Positions 1-13,600 of a stretch of 64,000 nt of DNA are shown piece by piece; the stretch's first letter is position 1, and each line of letters opens with the position of its first letter. A program made the position numbers and the translations under genes. The notes below the pieces were generated by a model. The model did no database searches and was not told the DNA's origin. It worked only from the letters and a program-made list of their open reading frames with translations. Source of the DNA: Catajapyx aquilonaris (lineage: Eukaryota); the NCBI GenBank assembly GCA_000934665.2, contig KZ538103.1, positions 62,001-126,000 of the forward strand. The letters are read 5' to 3'.

Positions 1-3000
1 GGCCGGTTTTGGCCATCTTCCCTATAGACGTGTGTGTGTGTGTGAAGATGGCAGTCGGCCGGGTCAGTGGCGCGACAAGGCAGAGACTGTGAGAGACGTG
101 GGAAGCCCACCTTTTGTCTACCTGAAATTGCCTCCTGTCACCTTCCCTGCTGGGAAACTGTCCAAACCAAGCAAGCAAGAAGCAGCAGCCAACATGCCCT
201 TCCATTTTCCTTCTTCTTTCCTTTTCACCTTCTTTTTCTTTTCTTATTCCAACTGGCAAGAGTCGCGTCGGTCATCTCGCGGCGCGGCGGCACCTCTCTT
301 AGCACTGTCTAGCACAAAACCTTGGCCTATATACCAGATTTCGTGACAAGCTCATCCCAACGCATCTCTTGGGAAACGCCCCGTTGTAATGAAACATATA
401 CACGTGGCTGCATATTTCTTATAGACCTACACTTACACTATAGGGTACAGGCCTACACTATTACTTAAACCGTCAAGTAAAGTGTTTCAGTTGCTTCAGC
501 TGTACATTTCCTGCTTCCAGCTCGTACAGTGCATGAATTTTTCATGCACTAGTGCACTAGTGTACAGTACAGTACATGGACTGTAAGCAAATTTATCGCC
601 GTTTTATTTGAATTATGGCCATACCTGGCGCTGTACAAATCGCCCAAATTTGTTCAACATTAGTGCAGCATCAGCTTGGAAAAACACCGCGCCATATTTT
701 TGCAAAAAAAAATGTTTTTCGATTAGTAGTGCGCATACCACACGTGCGAGCGAACAATTTTTTTGGGGGGGCAAAAAGCACGTTTTTACACCATGTTTGA
801 GCGAGCCATTCAATTTGGAGTGAAAATGTCCAAATACCAGGCTGCATTCCTCTCTTCTTCCTCGTCCCTTGCCTCGTGGCATGTTGTCAGTATTTTTAGG
901 ACGAAAAATAACATATACGTGGGGGGAGGGATGAGAGAGAAGCAGTTTCCAGGGGAATGTCACGAATTGGACACCGGAAAACTCGCTGATTTTCCGGAGA
1001 ACGTGGGTTTTCCCTTCATTCCCGCACACGTGGAAATGTTTTGCTACGTGCACAAGGGAACAGAGCTTGGATTGTTCATCCCAGAAACCAGGACAAAGAG
1101 AAGCAACATAATCGCCTAAAATATATTTTAAATGGTTGATGGAACAAACAACCACATGTTTCTGGGAAACGGAGCCTGTTTACAGTGAAGGCTTTCCCCC
1201 CCAATAAGGGTTGGTAACAAGACGCCTTATCGCATTGCAATGTCGGTGTCCCGAGGGCACAAGTGCAGCATTAACCCGCTGAAGAGGTTAATCCGAAACC
1301 CGTTAAGGGAGCCCCTCAGGTTTATGGGCAGGTGTCGGCTTAACCAGTCCCTCTCAAATCCTGCTCAAAAACCAAATGCCCATAACGGGTTTTGGGGATT
1401 CAACGCTGCTGATGCCCGGGCTTTCGAATTAAAAGCCACATCGTCAACAGGGAAAATTCTTCGCTTTTGGACAAATTGCACGCTTAATCCGACACCGCTG
1501 CATTCCATACGCACGAAGGTTCAAGCTGTACACTACACTAGCTTTACAATACTTATGGGAATACGCTCCTTGAGTTCTATTTCTTTTCTTCTCTTGAAGT
1601 CCGGGCGGGGCCCAGAAGAGGACGGGTGTCATTCAGCAACCTGTTCTGTCCCCGACTTTCGCAATTAGAGCAGCGATTCTGTCGGCCAATTTGGAGGTGT
1701 CTTTTCTCCTGGCCATCCGTTTGTCCTCAGGTCCGACGGGGGTTGTCGCAATTACGCGCCTCCTTTTGTTCCTCGGACGACTTTACGAATTAAAGAGGGG
1801 GGAGGACACAACCTCTTGTATGACACCCGAGCAGGTACGGCCGTACCGGCTGTACCGGAGGGGCCGATGAATCATTGATGCGGGGCCCAGGTCTCTCCAC
1901 ATTTCAATTAAAACCCCATGAATTTCTAACCCTCTCCTGTTGTCGCGTTTTCTGATTGGACAAAGTCGCCTCCGAAATTTTTCGCCGGGTGACGCATCCG
2001 GGGGAATCCCCCTGGGGTATTCCGTTCAGGTAATGAGCAAACACCCGGAGTAAACTGGATGAGCCGAGCAAACTTGCGTGTCAATTTAAACCGACAATGA
2101 ATCATTACAGCATGGCTGCACCCCTAAGGTTCCTTTGGCTAAATATTTTATTGCAAATGCTCTCGCCCGCAAATTAATTTCCACCTTCCAGCTATCTGTG
2201 CGGTAACGACACTCTCGAGTCCACAAAGATCAGCCGGGATTAAATTAAGGTTGGCACCGCCCTTAGGCCTAAGTGTCCCCCAAGTATAAATCTGGTTGTT
2301 TGGGGGGAAGGAAGCTCTAAAAGCAACGCACTGTGTGTCCCCCACTATATACCATCCCCCTCTAATTGCAGCAAGAAGAGTGGTTCCTACAATCCTCCTC
2401 GGGGCCCATATATTTTTTCCAGGGGTGGTCCAAATGACGGCAAACTGGGAGCCCAAGAAATCTCATTAGTTGCTCTAAGGATGTTGCTCCGGAATGTTAG
2501 TAACGGCATTTTCGGACTAAATAGAGCGGTTAAGGGTTCAATTTCTGCACCCTGTTGTCGAGGGGTTCGGTTTAGGGATTTTCGCTGAGGGACAGATAAA
2601 GCTTATAACAGGCACGATATAATGTGTGGTACTAAATGAGAATGTTGAACGTCGTGCTTGCAGTGTAGGGGAGACGGAAGTGTCGCAGGCTGTATCCGCG
2701 TAAATCCTGGTAGAATCCAATATTGTGCGTTTGTCCTGATTCACTGCTAATGGCAAGGAATGTCTCTTATATGTCAGTTTGCAAACCCGGCGCTGCGTTT
2801 CTTCCGGGTTGTCCCCCACATATCCATCAGTTAGCTTAACGTCTCATTAATCCCACTCTGGTCGCTCCATCCCTCATTGCCTTCTTTCTCATTAGGGCTC
2901 ATCTCCAAGAGCCCAGAGTGCTCCTATAGCTTGTACACAGCGAGCGGAGACAAAGGAGTGACTTGGATTTATGAGCGAGGCTGTGGTCGGCCATTGATGG

Positions 3001-6000
3001 GCCTGCTGCAGTCGCTCCGCCAAGCGTCTGGTGGCCCAAACCGCCCAACATGGCTGACACTCGTCATCATCATAAGAGCATCGAGGAAGAGGAGGATGCT
3101 CGTACGCAGTTCTCCTTTTTTTCTTTTAATAACGCCGGTCCTAGTCTCTTAATTGGCCGCCTTTGTTGACTTGTCATTGGCAGCTTTCGCCGGCCTGCCA
3201 TTCATCCCAAGCGATTCCCCTCGGGGGCTGCGAGGGAGGCAGGGAGGGTGGGTGGGAGAGGGACTTGATTAACATGTCAGGAAATTTCATCTCTGGCTGG
3301 AAACCACCATTCAAGCTGTTTCAAACGTTATGTTTATGAAGGGGCTGAGCTGTGGCTGCTTGGTGGACTCTGCGGATACGGTTTTTCAAGCGACAGGACC
3401 AACAGGACACTTCTCTATAGCTCGATCGTGCTTCATCTAGCTTCAATCGTGTCAACTCCGCTTCTCTGCCACCAATCGATCTGTCTTTGGAGACGATCAT
3501 CAGCAAAACTACTACTGTGCATGAAACCCATCAAGAACTGTTACTAAAAGCAGTTATAAGAGCTTAGTAACGTCTGAGGTGAGAGGCCGAAATTGCCTCT
3601 ACAACATGCTGTTTTTCGGCTTACAAAAAAAAAAAAAAAAGTGGCACGTGCCTGTAGTCTGTGCTGTGCTTATAGAGCTTTATTGTTATTTCAAGAATGG
3701 TCGTCTTGATTCTTAGGATGCGGCAAAATGGCACATAAAAGAGGGAAAACTTTTGAGCTAAGTGAAAAAAAGGGAGAGTACATGAAATGGGGGTATATTG
3801 GTTCATATTGGAGTGCATTTGTTGGATGGATGTCAAAGGAGCAACATTTTTAAGCTGGATATGAGAGAGTATATTCTTGCAGAGTCCTCCCCCTTTTTCC
3901 ATTCTCCGCTTGACTCATATCCCTCATTCGGAGCCCAGGGCTACTTCCTCCTTCCAGAAGAACTGACGCAGACAACCGCAAAAAAAAGAAGAAAAAATGG
4001 ATGGGGTGGGGAGGAGAAGGAGGGGATGGGAGGAAGAGGAGTGGGGGGGGTTGATAGTGGCATGGCGTGGAAATGAGAAGATGGCGGATAAGGAGGGAAA
4101 ACCGGGGGGCATTTTCCACTCCAGGGTTTGGCTTCTGCTGCTGCCCCCTTTTTTTCCTACATTTTAATATGATGCATATGGGTGTCTATGAGTCGACCAG
4201 CTCAACAAATTATGTTGGAAGTGCGATTTAGCCAGTACTTTCCTAACTTTGCTGGCCAATCAGCGCAATGTCACTGATACAGTATCGAAGCTGTTTACGC
4301 GTTTGGAGTTGTCCCCTGCCGAAAGCTGGGCGCGCGTGTGCTTCCCATTTTGGGAGCTTCGTGCCTGCCTCGGGGGGCCATAAGCCAATGACACACACAA
4401 AAAAAGAGAAGAGAGACAGTGAGAGAAGGGAGAGAGAGAGAGAGAAGAGTCGCGTCCCGGTGACGTGTCCACTCTCTTGGCTCCACGTGGAGGAAACAAT
4501 GGGCTGGGGACGCACTCAGTCCCGCCGCTGCAGTATGTTTGTCCGTCTCCAAATGGATCCGAAGGGAGGAGGGACCTTATCTATGGACCACTGTTCGCAC
4601 TACTGACATCTGCTGGGAGACATGGCAGTTACATCGGATGTCCCCAGGATATCGCAGACCGTGGGTGGTGGAAGGGGGCTCTTGGGGACCACCGTATCTG
4701 CTGGGAGTCCGCGAAAAAAAATTCGGGGTTTCCATTGTTCCCATCCCTGCAGTTTTAGGCCTCAGATACGATACGAATCGGGGTGATATGAAATATTCAG
4801 GTCAAGGGGGGAAATAATGCGAACCATCGTTTTCTCTCGCGGACAAAACAGATACGGTTGTCCCATGATTCCCTGAACTGCCATGGATTCTTATGTGGAT
4901 TCCCCCAGCTAAAATTCCTCTGGATTCCGCCCCTTTCCAGGGTGATAATCACCTCACATCCTACACTCCAATTGGACACGCACTATTTCAGAAGTAACCA
5001 ACCATACACATCTCCCCCAAAAAAATTCGAGCAAAAAGTACGTCACGGCCAACATCTGTCCGATGTGTACCAGGCATTTTTTTTCTTCTTCTTTCTTTTC
5101 TTTTTAAAGTTTCAGTCCATGGGCGCCATCTGCCATGGAGATGAGCCAGTGTTGCCAACGTTGCTGCTGACAATAGGGGGGGGGATATTCAGTTCTCGAT
5201 GGGATTTCCGGACTGAATCATCCATCGGGGTGAAGGGAGAAAAAGGAGTGAACAACAAAAGAGAAGGGGGAGGGGGGAAGGCCCTGGGTCGTCTCTTTTC
5301 TCTGGTTTTGGCCGGAGGTATCCATTCCGGTGGGCGGGGATAATTGGAGGGCCGTAATGGCGATAATGTTGGTCCTCGGGGACTGATTTACAACCAAGTC
5401 ACTACTTCTAACCAGCATGCTTTTGCGGTCGTGCCATTGCTGCCTGTGTATACTTTGGGGTTGTCATGTCGTTATGTTGAGGGACGAGGGAAGGGAGCAA
5501 TTTGGTCACTCGAGGATGGGGGAGGATGAAGTCTCTTGGACCAACTGACGTCAAAGAGGAAAATGCGGCGAAGAAACACGTGTCACTTTGTCACTCCATA
5601 GTAATACAGTGGAAAGCCTGGTTATCACCACAACCTTGAATTCCCATATAGGCTACTCTATGCAATATTTGGTCTATATTGATTATTCGGAAACTTCTTG
5701 GACTTGCTGTGGAATCTTGTAGATTGATTCTTCAGATTCTACAAGACTGCTTGAAGCTTCTTGAGATTCCTCCAGATTGATTTCTCTCTTCCCTTCGAAT
5801 TTATTTTCCCTGCTTTTTATCCTGGGGGCCATCCCTTCCCTCCAACATTTTTGCTTTATTGATAACGCTGGGTGTTACAATGGCGGTTTATGGATGAGCC
5901 ACGGCTCATAATAATGACCTGAGACGTATTTGTATGTCGTAAAGAACGTTTTATGGCCTGTTGTCTGCGGCCGTTTGCGAACCAGCCGGAGCTATTAGAG

Positions 6001-9000
6001 AATCACCGTTTTAACAAATCAGTAGAAGGAGGAGAGGGGGGGGGGGGGGAAAAGAAGTGGGCATAATTACCAGTTGGGCAAGCCATGGAAGACCAGTCCG
6101 CACAGTCTGGAAAGTCCTGTAATGACATTGTTTATACCGGATAATTACACACCTTTATTTTTTCGCGGGGAGGCCATAGTATGTGTACGATGTACCGAAG
6201 GAGGAAAATTAGTAACCGTGGCTTTCGGTTCTCGTGACTGGGCCCGATATTTCAAATGACTCCATGTGACGTAAAGCCAGCGATTCATTGGTCAGCTGCC
6301 ACCTTTCCCACATTTCGGAGAAAAGCACCCCGGAAAAATAAAGGCCAGAGAGACTGCTGCTGGAGGGAAAGGAATATAAAAGGTGAACAGATAAAAAAAG
6401 GCGTAGAGGACAAAGGATTGCAAGACTGAAAAACCAACAGGGAGGCCCAACCATTGAAGACTCCATTATGGTCCGTGACCTTTGACTTTTAAGAGTTATG
6501 ACTGCTCCATTATAGGCTTACCACCGGGGATGATTTGCAACGTTGCATTTTTAAGCCGCTCGAAACATGGGGCATCAGGTATACGACTTTTAAAAGACAT
6601 ATTCAAAGGAATAAAAATATTTAATCCGAACAACACAACAAGAAGTCAGAACTATCTGCATTTTTGCCATTTGTTATTATTTATTGCCGCAATTTATTTT
6701 TGCAAAACCGGTTGCTATGGCAATGTACCACCCTGTGTGTATGTATATAGAGCCAGCATCTCCAAGCTTGAGAGAGAGCGAGAGAAAGATGCGTTTGCTT
6801 CTCCACCCGAGTAAGAACAGACAGTCCCGCTGAAAACCTCCCTTGCTCGCAATTAGCACCTTCATAAATTATTGATGAAACCGAGATTCCACATCAGAGA
6901 AAGTTGGAAATAAGGAATTGCAAAGCGACTTGGGAGGGAGGGAGGGAAGGAGGGAAGGAAGGAGGAATAAGAAGCAAGAAAGAAAAACTTGCCTTCAGCT
7001 CCGAACAATCGGGCACTAATTACGTGGGGATTAACCTCCCTCCTTCCAAAATTCAGACTTGTGTGGAGGACACAATTTTCTAAGAAAAATAAAAATCGCC
7101 AAGTTGCCAAAATGGGGGGGGGGAGGCTTTTGAATATTTTGTATAATTTTTGAAACCTCCTCCGCTTCATTGCGTGCTATTCATGCAGGTTGTTTTTCGG
7201 ATTTTCTTCCCCTGGCTGCTTCTGGTAGTTCCCTCCCTTGAGAACAATCGTGCGGAACAGAGGAAGTAAGGGGGGAGAAATTTCAAAGAAATGTTCCAAA
7301 TAAAAGGGTGGGGATGGAATTGAAGAAAAAAAAAGTTTATTTTCCCCGACACAGGGTGTTTCGTAACGACTCTCCAATATGGCACAAAAAATGATTCCGT
7401 CAAGATGGGACATAGGTTATGTCATTCAATACGTCGCCTAAAGAATGTGGACGTCTCCCACTCCCCGTCGGAAATGTTCTCTGGCAGACAGAGAATGCTA
7501 ATTAAGAGGCCCGTAATTACGAGGCGTTAATCAAAGTCGCGTAATCCCTTGCGAGCCCCGCGAAGTCGTATACACATAAAGAGGTGCTGGGCCCAATCGG
7601 CTGAACCCAGCATGGAGATGATTCTCCCATCGGATGATTTACGATCGACAGTGGCCCGCACTGAAGGGTAATTGAAGATAATTTGAACGCCCGCGATATG
7701 GATTTGGCCCTTTGGATAACAAGACATGAGGATCATCCGTCACGATCACTTTTTGAGGTAGGGAGGTACTCACACCGCCATGTAAAGGTCAGCCCCTCCC
7801 TAGATATATACAACCCTGCTTTAAAACGCCGACAGGTTATATTTCCGGGTTGAAAGCAATTTTACAAGCAATGCTTTGACTCGAGCAAATAACATTGACA
7901 TAATTATTGGATTGTAATATTGATAAGCAATGATGATTTGGCATGCTGTTCAAACCAAACGATTTCTCTCAGCATAATGAATATACATTCCTTTCTTTCT
8001 GATGGTGTAATAATCTCCCAGACTAACTTCTTTTTTGGCCTGAAGGAACTCATATACGCACAGTACAAAAGACGCTCGATATTTGGGAAGGGGTGGGGGA
8101 TGAGGCCTGCAGAACACACACACGACAAGCAATCAATTGTTCTATCCGTGGATTTGCCCAGACAGGACGTTACTCGCCGGAAGCGACCTCAACGTCCTCC
8201 CGAAACTCTTCCTCTCCCTCTATATACTGTAGCTCCCTCCCCTTTTCCCAATGAGATCTAGTCATTATTTAGTTTTTGTCTTGGAGCAAACATTCAATAA
8301 CCCTCCCGTGCGCGTGGGAGCCAACTTCAATATCCGGGCTTGCCTCCGGGCCAAAGGAGGGAAAACCGTGCATTGGGTGGGGTTAGGGGGGCCAGGTTCC
8401 TTCCTCGGACTATTCATAAATCGCACGTATACGGGGTTTATCCTAAGGGAACCGAGCTTCAACTATATAGGAGAATACACTGATTCATGTGACCAGTTTC
8501 TTTGCCTGGTTCACACAGGTACATTCAGGGGAGAGAAAAAATTGTTGGTACAACTACGCAGCACTACTGCGCAGGTATGCGCAGACCGTCCTGTGTGGCA
8601 CTCCTGTGCGCAGGTCATCGTATTATGCATTATATTTAGCGGTGACGGTTTAGCGAAAACCAATTATTAAACTTTCACTTGTACAATCTTGAAACTTTCT
8701 ACGTCCATATATTATGTTGCCGCAGTTCAGCTACATACGCAAATGTAGCCTACAATTAATACCCAATGACATTCCGATACATAATTGCTACACGTATTTG
8801 TGTTAGACCCCCCCCCCCCCNCCCCCCCCCCAAAAAAAAAAGTGGACTTGGGCGCTTTTGATCTGAGACCCCTCAATTTATGTCGCCATTTCAAGAGCAA
8901 AAACTTCATGACGTTCAAGCATATACATTTTCACAACTCAAGAAAAAAGAGATATTGAAAGAGTGAGCTCAACTTTTATGTCTAATATTATTTGGAACAG

Positions 9001-10629
9001 GTTGCACTAAAATAATATTATCCACACACAGAAGCAAATCAATCCTGGATGACATCCTTTGTCCCGTTCAGATCAATAAATCCAGATATTTTTCGTCTAC
9101 ACGACATGTCCCCTTTGATATAAGGGACAAATCAGCCCCATTGTTTCTGCAGCTCTTCCGCTCTATTTCCAGCTGCAGGTGCAAATGGAACGAAAGCTGA
9201 TTAGAAATAATGTTGAAGCCCTTGCATGTCGTTATATATAGTACCCGCCGTACTTCTATGTAGTGCTTGGTGGTTTGGAGGACTGCGAGTCTCCCGGATC
9301 GAAAGTGGAAGCCCCGGAGCCCAAAAAGCATTCCGGGCAATTAGTCCCTGGCCAAGCAGAAAGAGCTAGAGTTTGGCCCGATTCTCGCTTGTCTCTCCTT
9401 CACTTCTCGCTCGCTTTTCCACATTGAAAAACATCTATACTACCAAACTCCCTATTATATAACCCTCTGGCGGTATATGCTACGGAAAGTCGCTGCACTT
9501 GCAACAACATTTGCAAGGTTAAGCTCTCATTGCAACAGACCCTCGCTTTCCTGATCGCGAAAGTGTAATCATATACCTAAAGGGACAGCTCAATTAGTCG
9601 ACGATTTCGCAATAGAAAATGTGCGAGTCTTTTGAGCGCCTTATATAGCTCTGTTGTCAGTGTTGATGCATTGGCCAATTTGCAAGTGAAATCTGTCCTC
9701 TTGTTATTTGCCTCTGGGAGATGTTACGCGCAAAGAGATATCGCTTGACAGTTTGCAAACTGTTGTGTCACGGATAGCTTTCTATTCGTGCCTCTTTGTT
9801 CCTGGATTTGTAAATGAACAAGGTCTTGCAATCAACGACAGACTTTTCATTCGCGAATATTGCGATGATGAAACAGCTATTATTCTTATGTTCTGTGTCT
9901 ATCAGGGAATTTTCTTGTTTTTTAATGCTGCAAATGCAATGGTGCTGTTTTTTCACTAGGCAATTAATTCCTTTGGCGCGACGTTGATCAAAGCGCAACC
10001 AAAGATAGAGTCACAGAAGCCCAGTGATGGTCTCCGATAGATGGAAGGCTGCATGAAAAGCGATATTCTGTGACGGAACTGGACCTCACCCCCTCCAGTC
10101 CTCTATACCAAAAAAAAAGCTTGCACCCATTTTCAAAGAGCTTTCAACTGGGGATCTTGTAATTACAGGGTGTGCATTACACCCAGGCGGTAATGATAGG
10201 TTTGAAGGCCTGTGTGGCTGCGTCTCCCGAATTTTTCAGGCATCTCCTCTGACCATCTCCCCTCTTCCTCCCTTCAGTTTGGAACATACTTGGATGTAAA
10301 CACTTTTTTTCTTCTTCTTTCAAAGGTGCAGATGGATCAAAACAGCAGGAGGTTTCAGCACCTAGGCTACATTTCAATCAAAAAACTCTGGTTGATGTCC
10401 ACACAGACCCAGAGTTGAATCTATCAACCACTTTTTTAAATTAAAGTTTGATATATATGATTGGCTGTTCATAAATCCTTTGGAGCAATGCTGGTTGTTC
10501 CAGCACCTAGTTTGAGGGCTTGCATCGGGGGTGAAACTGGCGAAGGTGTGTGATGGTTCCCTATCCGCAATTTTGGCAGCGGTCCAAGAGACTGATGCCC
10601 GCCGACCCTAGTCGATCAAACCCATTAGC

Positions 10630-10634
<5 letters not shown>

Positions 10635-10659
<25 letters not shown>
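10635..10659. repeat. (CT)n microsatellite
   Basis: Directly visible. Confidence 0.95.
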
Positions 10660-10660
<1 letters not shown>

Positions 10661-13600
10661 AGCTCTAGCTGGCGGTATCTTCACGGGCTCGCGGATTTTT
10701 TTGCGAACCCAGCAGCAGAGTCATTTTGGGCTGGTTGGGATCAGTGCAGAAAACTTGGCGTGTCAGGTGCGCATCGTGGCCTCCAGATGGCCCCATCAGT
10801 CTGCTGGAGCCCGCCATATAAGGAGCATCCCAGGGGATCTATTGGGCACCACTTACACCCTTCCTCCGAATCCGCCCCCTCATAACTGATCTACTGCATG
10901 TTGCCAGTTATGGTTTCGCGATTGGACAATCTGACACGAACGATCCCATCCTCAGATCGCGGCTGGAATGATGAGCAGCCTGCTGGAAATATGAAGGAAT
11001 CCGATAGCAGTGTTTGTGGTATAAGTAAGAGGTTTATTCTCCTGGACCATGTGCTGAAATCGGTTTCTTCGATCGCGGGAAATGAATCCGGGCAAGAGGC
11101 TGACGAAGATTTTTGTCCAGGGAGGGAATTACTTCCGGGTGTGTAGGGGAGGATACGCGTCTCTTGAAAGAGGTTCCTGTTTGATGACTGGTCACGGTCA
11201 GAACTGAGGGTGAGGCCAGATTGGATGGACACGCTTATCGACCCAACAGCTCTGCTTACTTTTCACAAGGGTATTTTCCAGGCAGCTGCTGCTGATCCAA
11301 TAATATGTTCGTGAAATTAATCGGAATAATTTCGAGGGTCCCAAAACTCCTCAACTTATTTACATTTAATAGCTGCGGTTGCTTGAATCGATGTGGCGGA
11401 CGTGACATTTTGCCTGTAATTTGAACTGCTTTGGCTCTATGCCTGGGCCTTATTATTTATTATTCATGAAATCTGGAGAGCGCTTTCGGATTTAAGTAAG
11501 TTTTGTCCACGAGGGCGTAACAATTAGCGGTTAGAATAACAGTTACGGCTCACTGGTTGTGTAATTCGAAGCAGAAGCAAAATGCCAGAAGGATTGACCC
11601 AGTTTGGTTTGGCGGAAGGCAACTTAGGCCACACGCGTTCAGTAAAGGGATCAATGTGGACAAATATCAGATTTCGGGTGCCTCGAGTCAAGACTGCCTG
11701 CAAAATGGTTGTGTTAAATATCGTGATCGATATCGATTTTGAAGGGGAAGGGGACATTACTCCAGGAAAGAGCGTGCATATGGACACATTGATTTCTCTC
11801 CTATAAATACTGACTTCTTTCTCTTACAGCTCCATCAGTTGGTCATGATTTTAAATATTTTCTGTTGTGGACCTCTCGCTCCAGAGGCAAACAGTATAGG
11901 ACTGTCAATGAATTCCCAACGATTCTGTTGGATTCCCGTCCAGATTCTGCGACTGATTAATTATCATTCCCCGGACAATCTGCATTAAGTAATTCGGTCT
12001 GGGTATGGAGTTGGGGATTCCTGTCCTCCTTTCCTTCGCAGGAAACCCTGGGAGTAATTTCATATTTTAGGCTAAGGCTATTACCTTCCCATCCCCTCTC
12101 CAGCAGCAGTCTCAGGCTTCTGCCTAAATTCCTGGGTAGATGAGATGTCATGACGTCACGTGCCGTCGAGCTCCAATCCCCGGCGGAAGACGACAGACCT
12201 CATTACTTTCTCGTTCACATTACGGACGGGCCCCGTATTTTCGCTGCCTAATTTCCTGCCTTCGTTCCCATCCTCCAATCCCGACTATGCCATAAGAAGA
12301 AGAGGCGCCAGGGAATAGACTGTACCTGGCATTCTTCAAACTCTCGACTTTACACAGGCAATCAATAGGCTGCCTGACGCGTAAAGGAAAAAAGGCCTTC
12401 CTAAAATATCACTTTCGCGTGTCGGTGTCACGTTGTGGTGATAGGCGGATTAACTAGCTAGCGGTGAAGCATGGGAAGAAAAAAGACGACGAGTGTCAGA
12501 ATGTACAATATGTGGAACAAAAATACAATTACATTTTCAACCTTTACCTTTTATTCGAGAGACTAATCGCAGATCTTGTTTTCTCTCCAACGCTTTTGAT
12601 TTCCGGTCCTAGTTTTTCACCTGAGAATGAAACACACCTTTCTTATTAGGGTGTTATTGAGATTTAATTGGTGGGGTGGGGAGGACCTTGGAGGGCGCCT
12701 TTGGGGGGGCGTAAACCTGGATTTCGGATGCAACGGAAGCAATTGGGACGTGGGCGTTGACGCCAATTGGCGCACACGGCTGTGACGTGTTGCAAAGGCG
12801 TCCACGACCAATATAAGGCTTGGCTGCCGGAGGGGAAAATGACAACCGGCCATTTACACTTTTGCGCACCGGTAATTCTGCCAGAGAGACTCATTACTCA
12901 CGACGGTAACGAGCGTTTACTCCTCTGGAAATGCTCACTGCTGGGACCAGTACGAATCCAGCGCCATCTATGTGAAGCTTTGAGTCTCCTTTACTGTATG
13001 TCGCCCTTAATATGTATATCCTGCAGACTGTAGCGAAAAGACTAGGCGCAAAATCTGCAGCTACTGGCTCCTCTGGATGATAATCTTGAAGATAAACTTT
13101 TAGGAGCCTAATCAGTATCCCGGTAGCGGCTTGAGCTGCAAATTATCGCGGATTCTGACTCGCGAATACATTTCCAGGACACGTCTTCTTCATTTTTCTT
13201 TCTCTCTCACTCTCTTCCCTCCCTCCCTCCCTTACCTTTGTACGAGATTCTCCTTTCGAAGCTAACTTTTAAGACGAAATTTCCTTTTTAATAAGGTACG
13301 AAATGGATTGTGCCAGGCGCCTGAAAGTAATGGGGGAAGAAAACTTTGCCAAAAAAAAAAGAGGAAGGAAAATATGCAAAAAAAAGTACCTTTGCACAGA
13401 TTGTGTACAGTGTAGCTTGATAAAAGGCAAAGGAATGTAACATAGTTTGACTGTTTCTTTAATGATTCAATAAATTGCGACTAATTTCTTCAGAGGGGTG
13501 GGAATATAATTGACGTCTTTTTCTTTCCTTTTACCCCTCCCAAAAACTTTAGGCTTTTGTGTGCCACCCCGATTTTAACTGCGAAAAGAGTGAGCATTGT

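Noticed and set aside
528..560. 10-bp hairpin followed by CTAGT as a Helitron 3' end
   Set aside because: The stem is not GC-rich, spacing to CTAG is atypical, and no 5' end or Rep/helicase remnant is visible.
3330..3506. Minus-strand peptide DDRLQRQIDWWQ, faintly like RTE-type LINE C-termini
   Set aside because: Too short, interrupted by stops, with no RT motifs nearby.
9748..9763. Perfect 16-bp palindrome ACAGTTTGCAAACTGT
   Set aside because: About one such palindrome is expected by chance in 64 kb.
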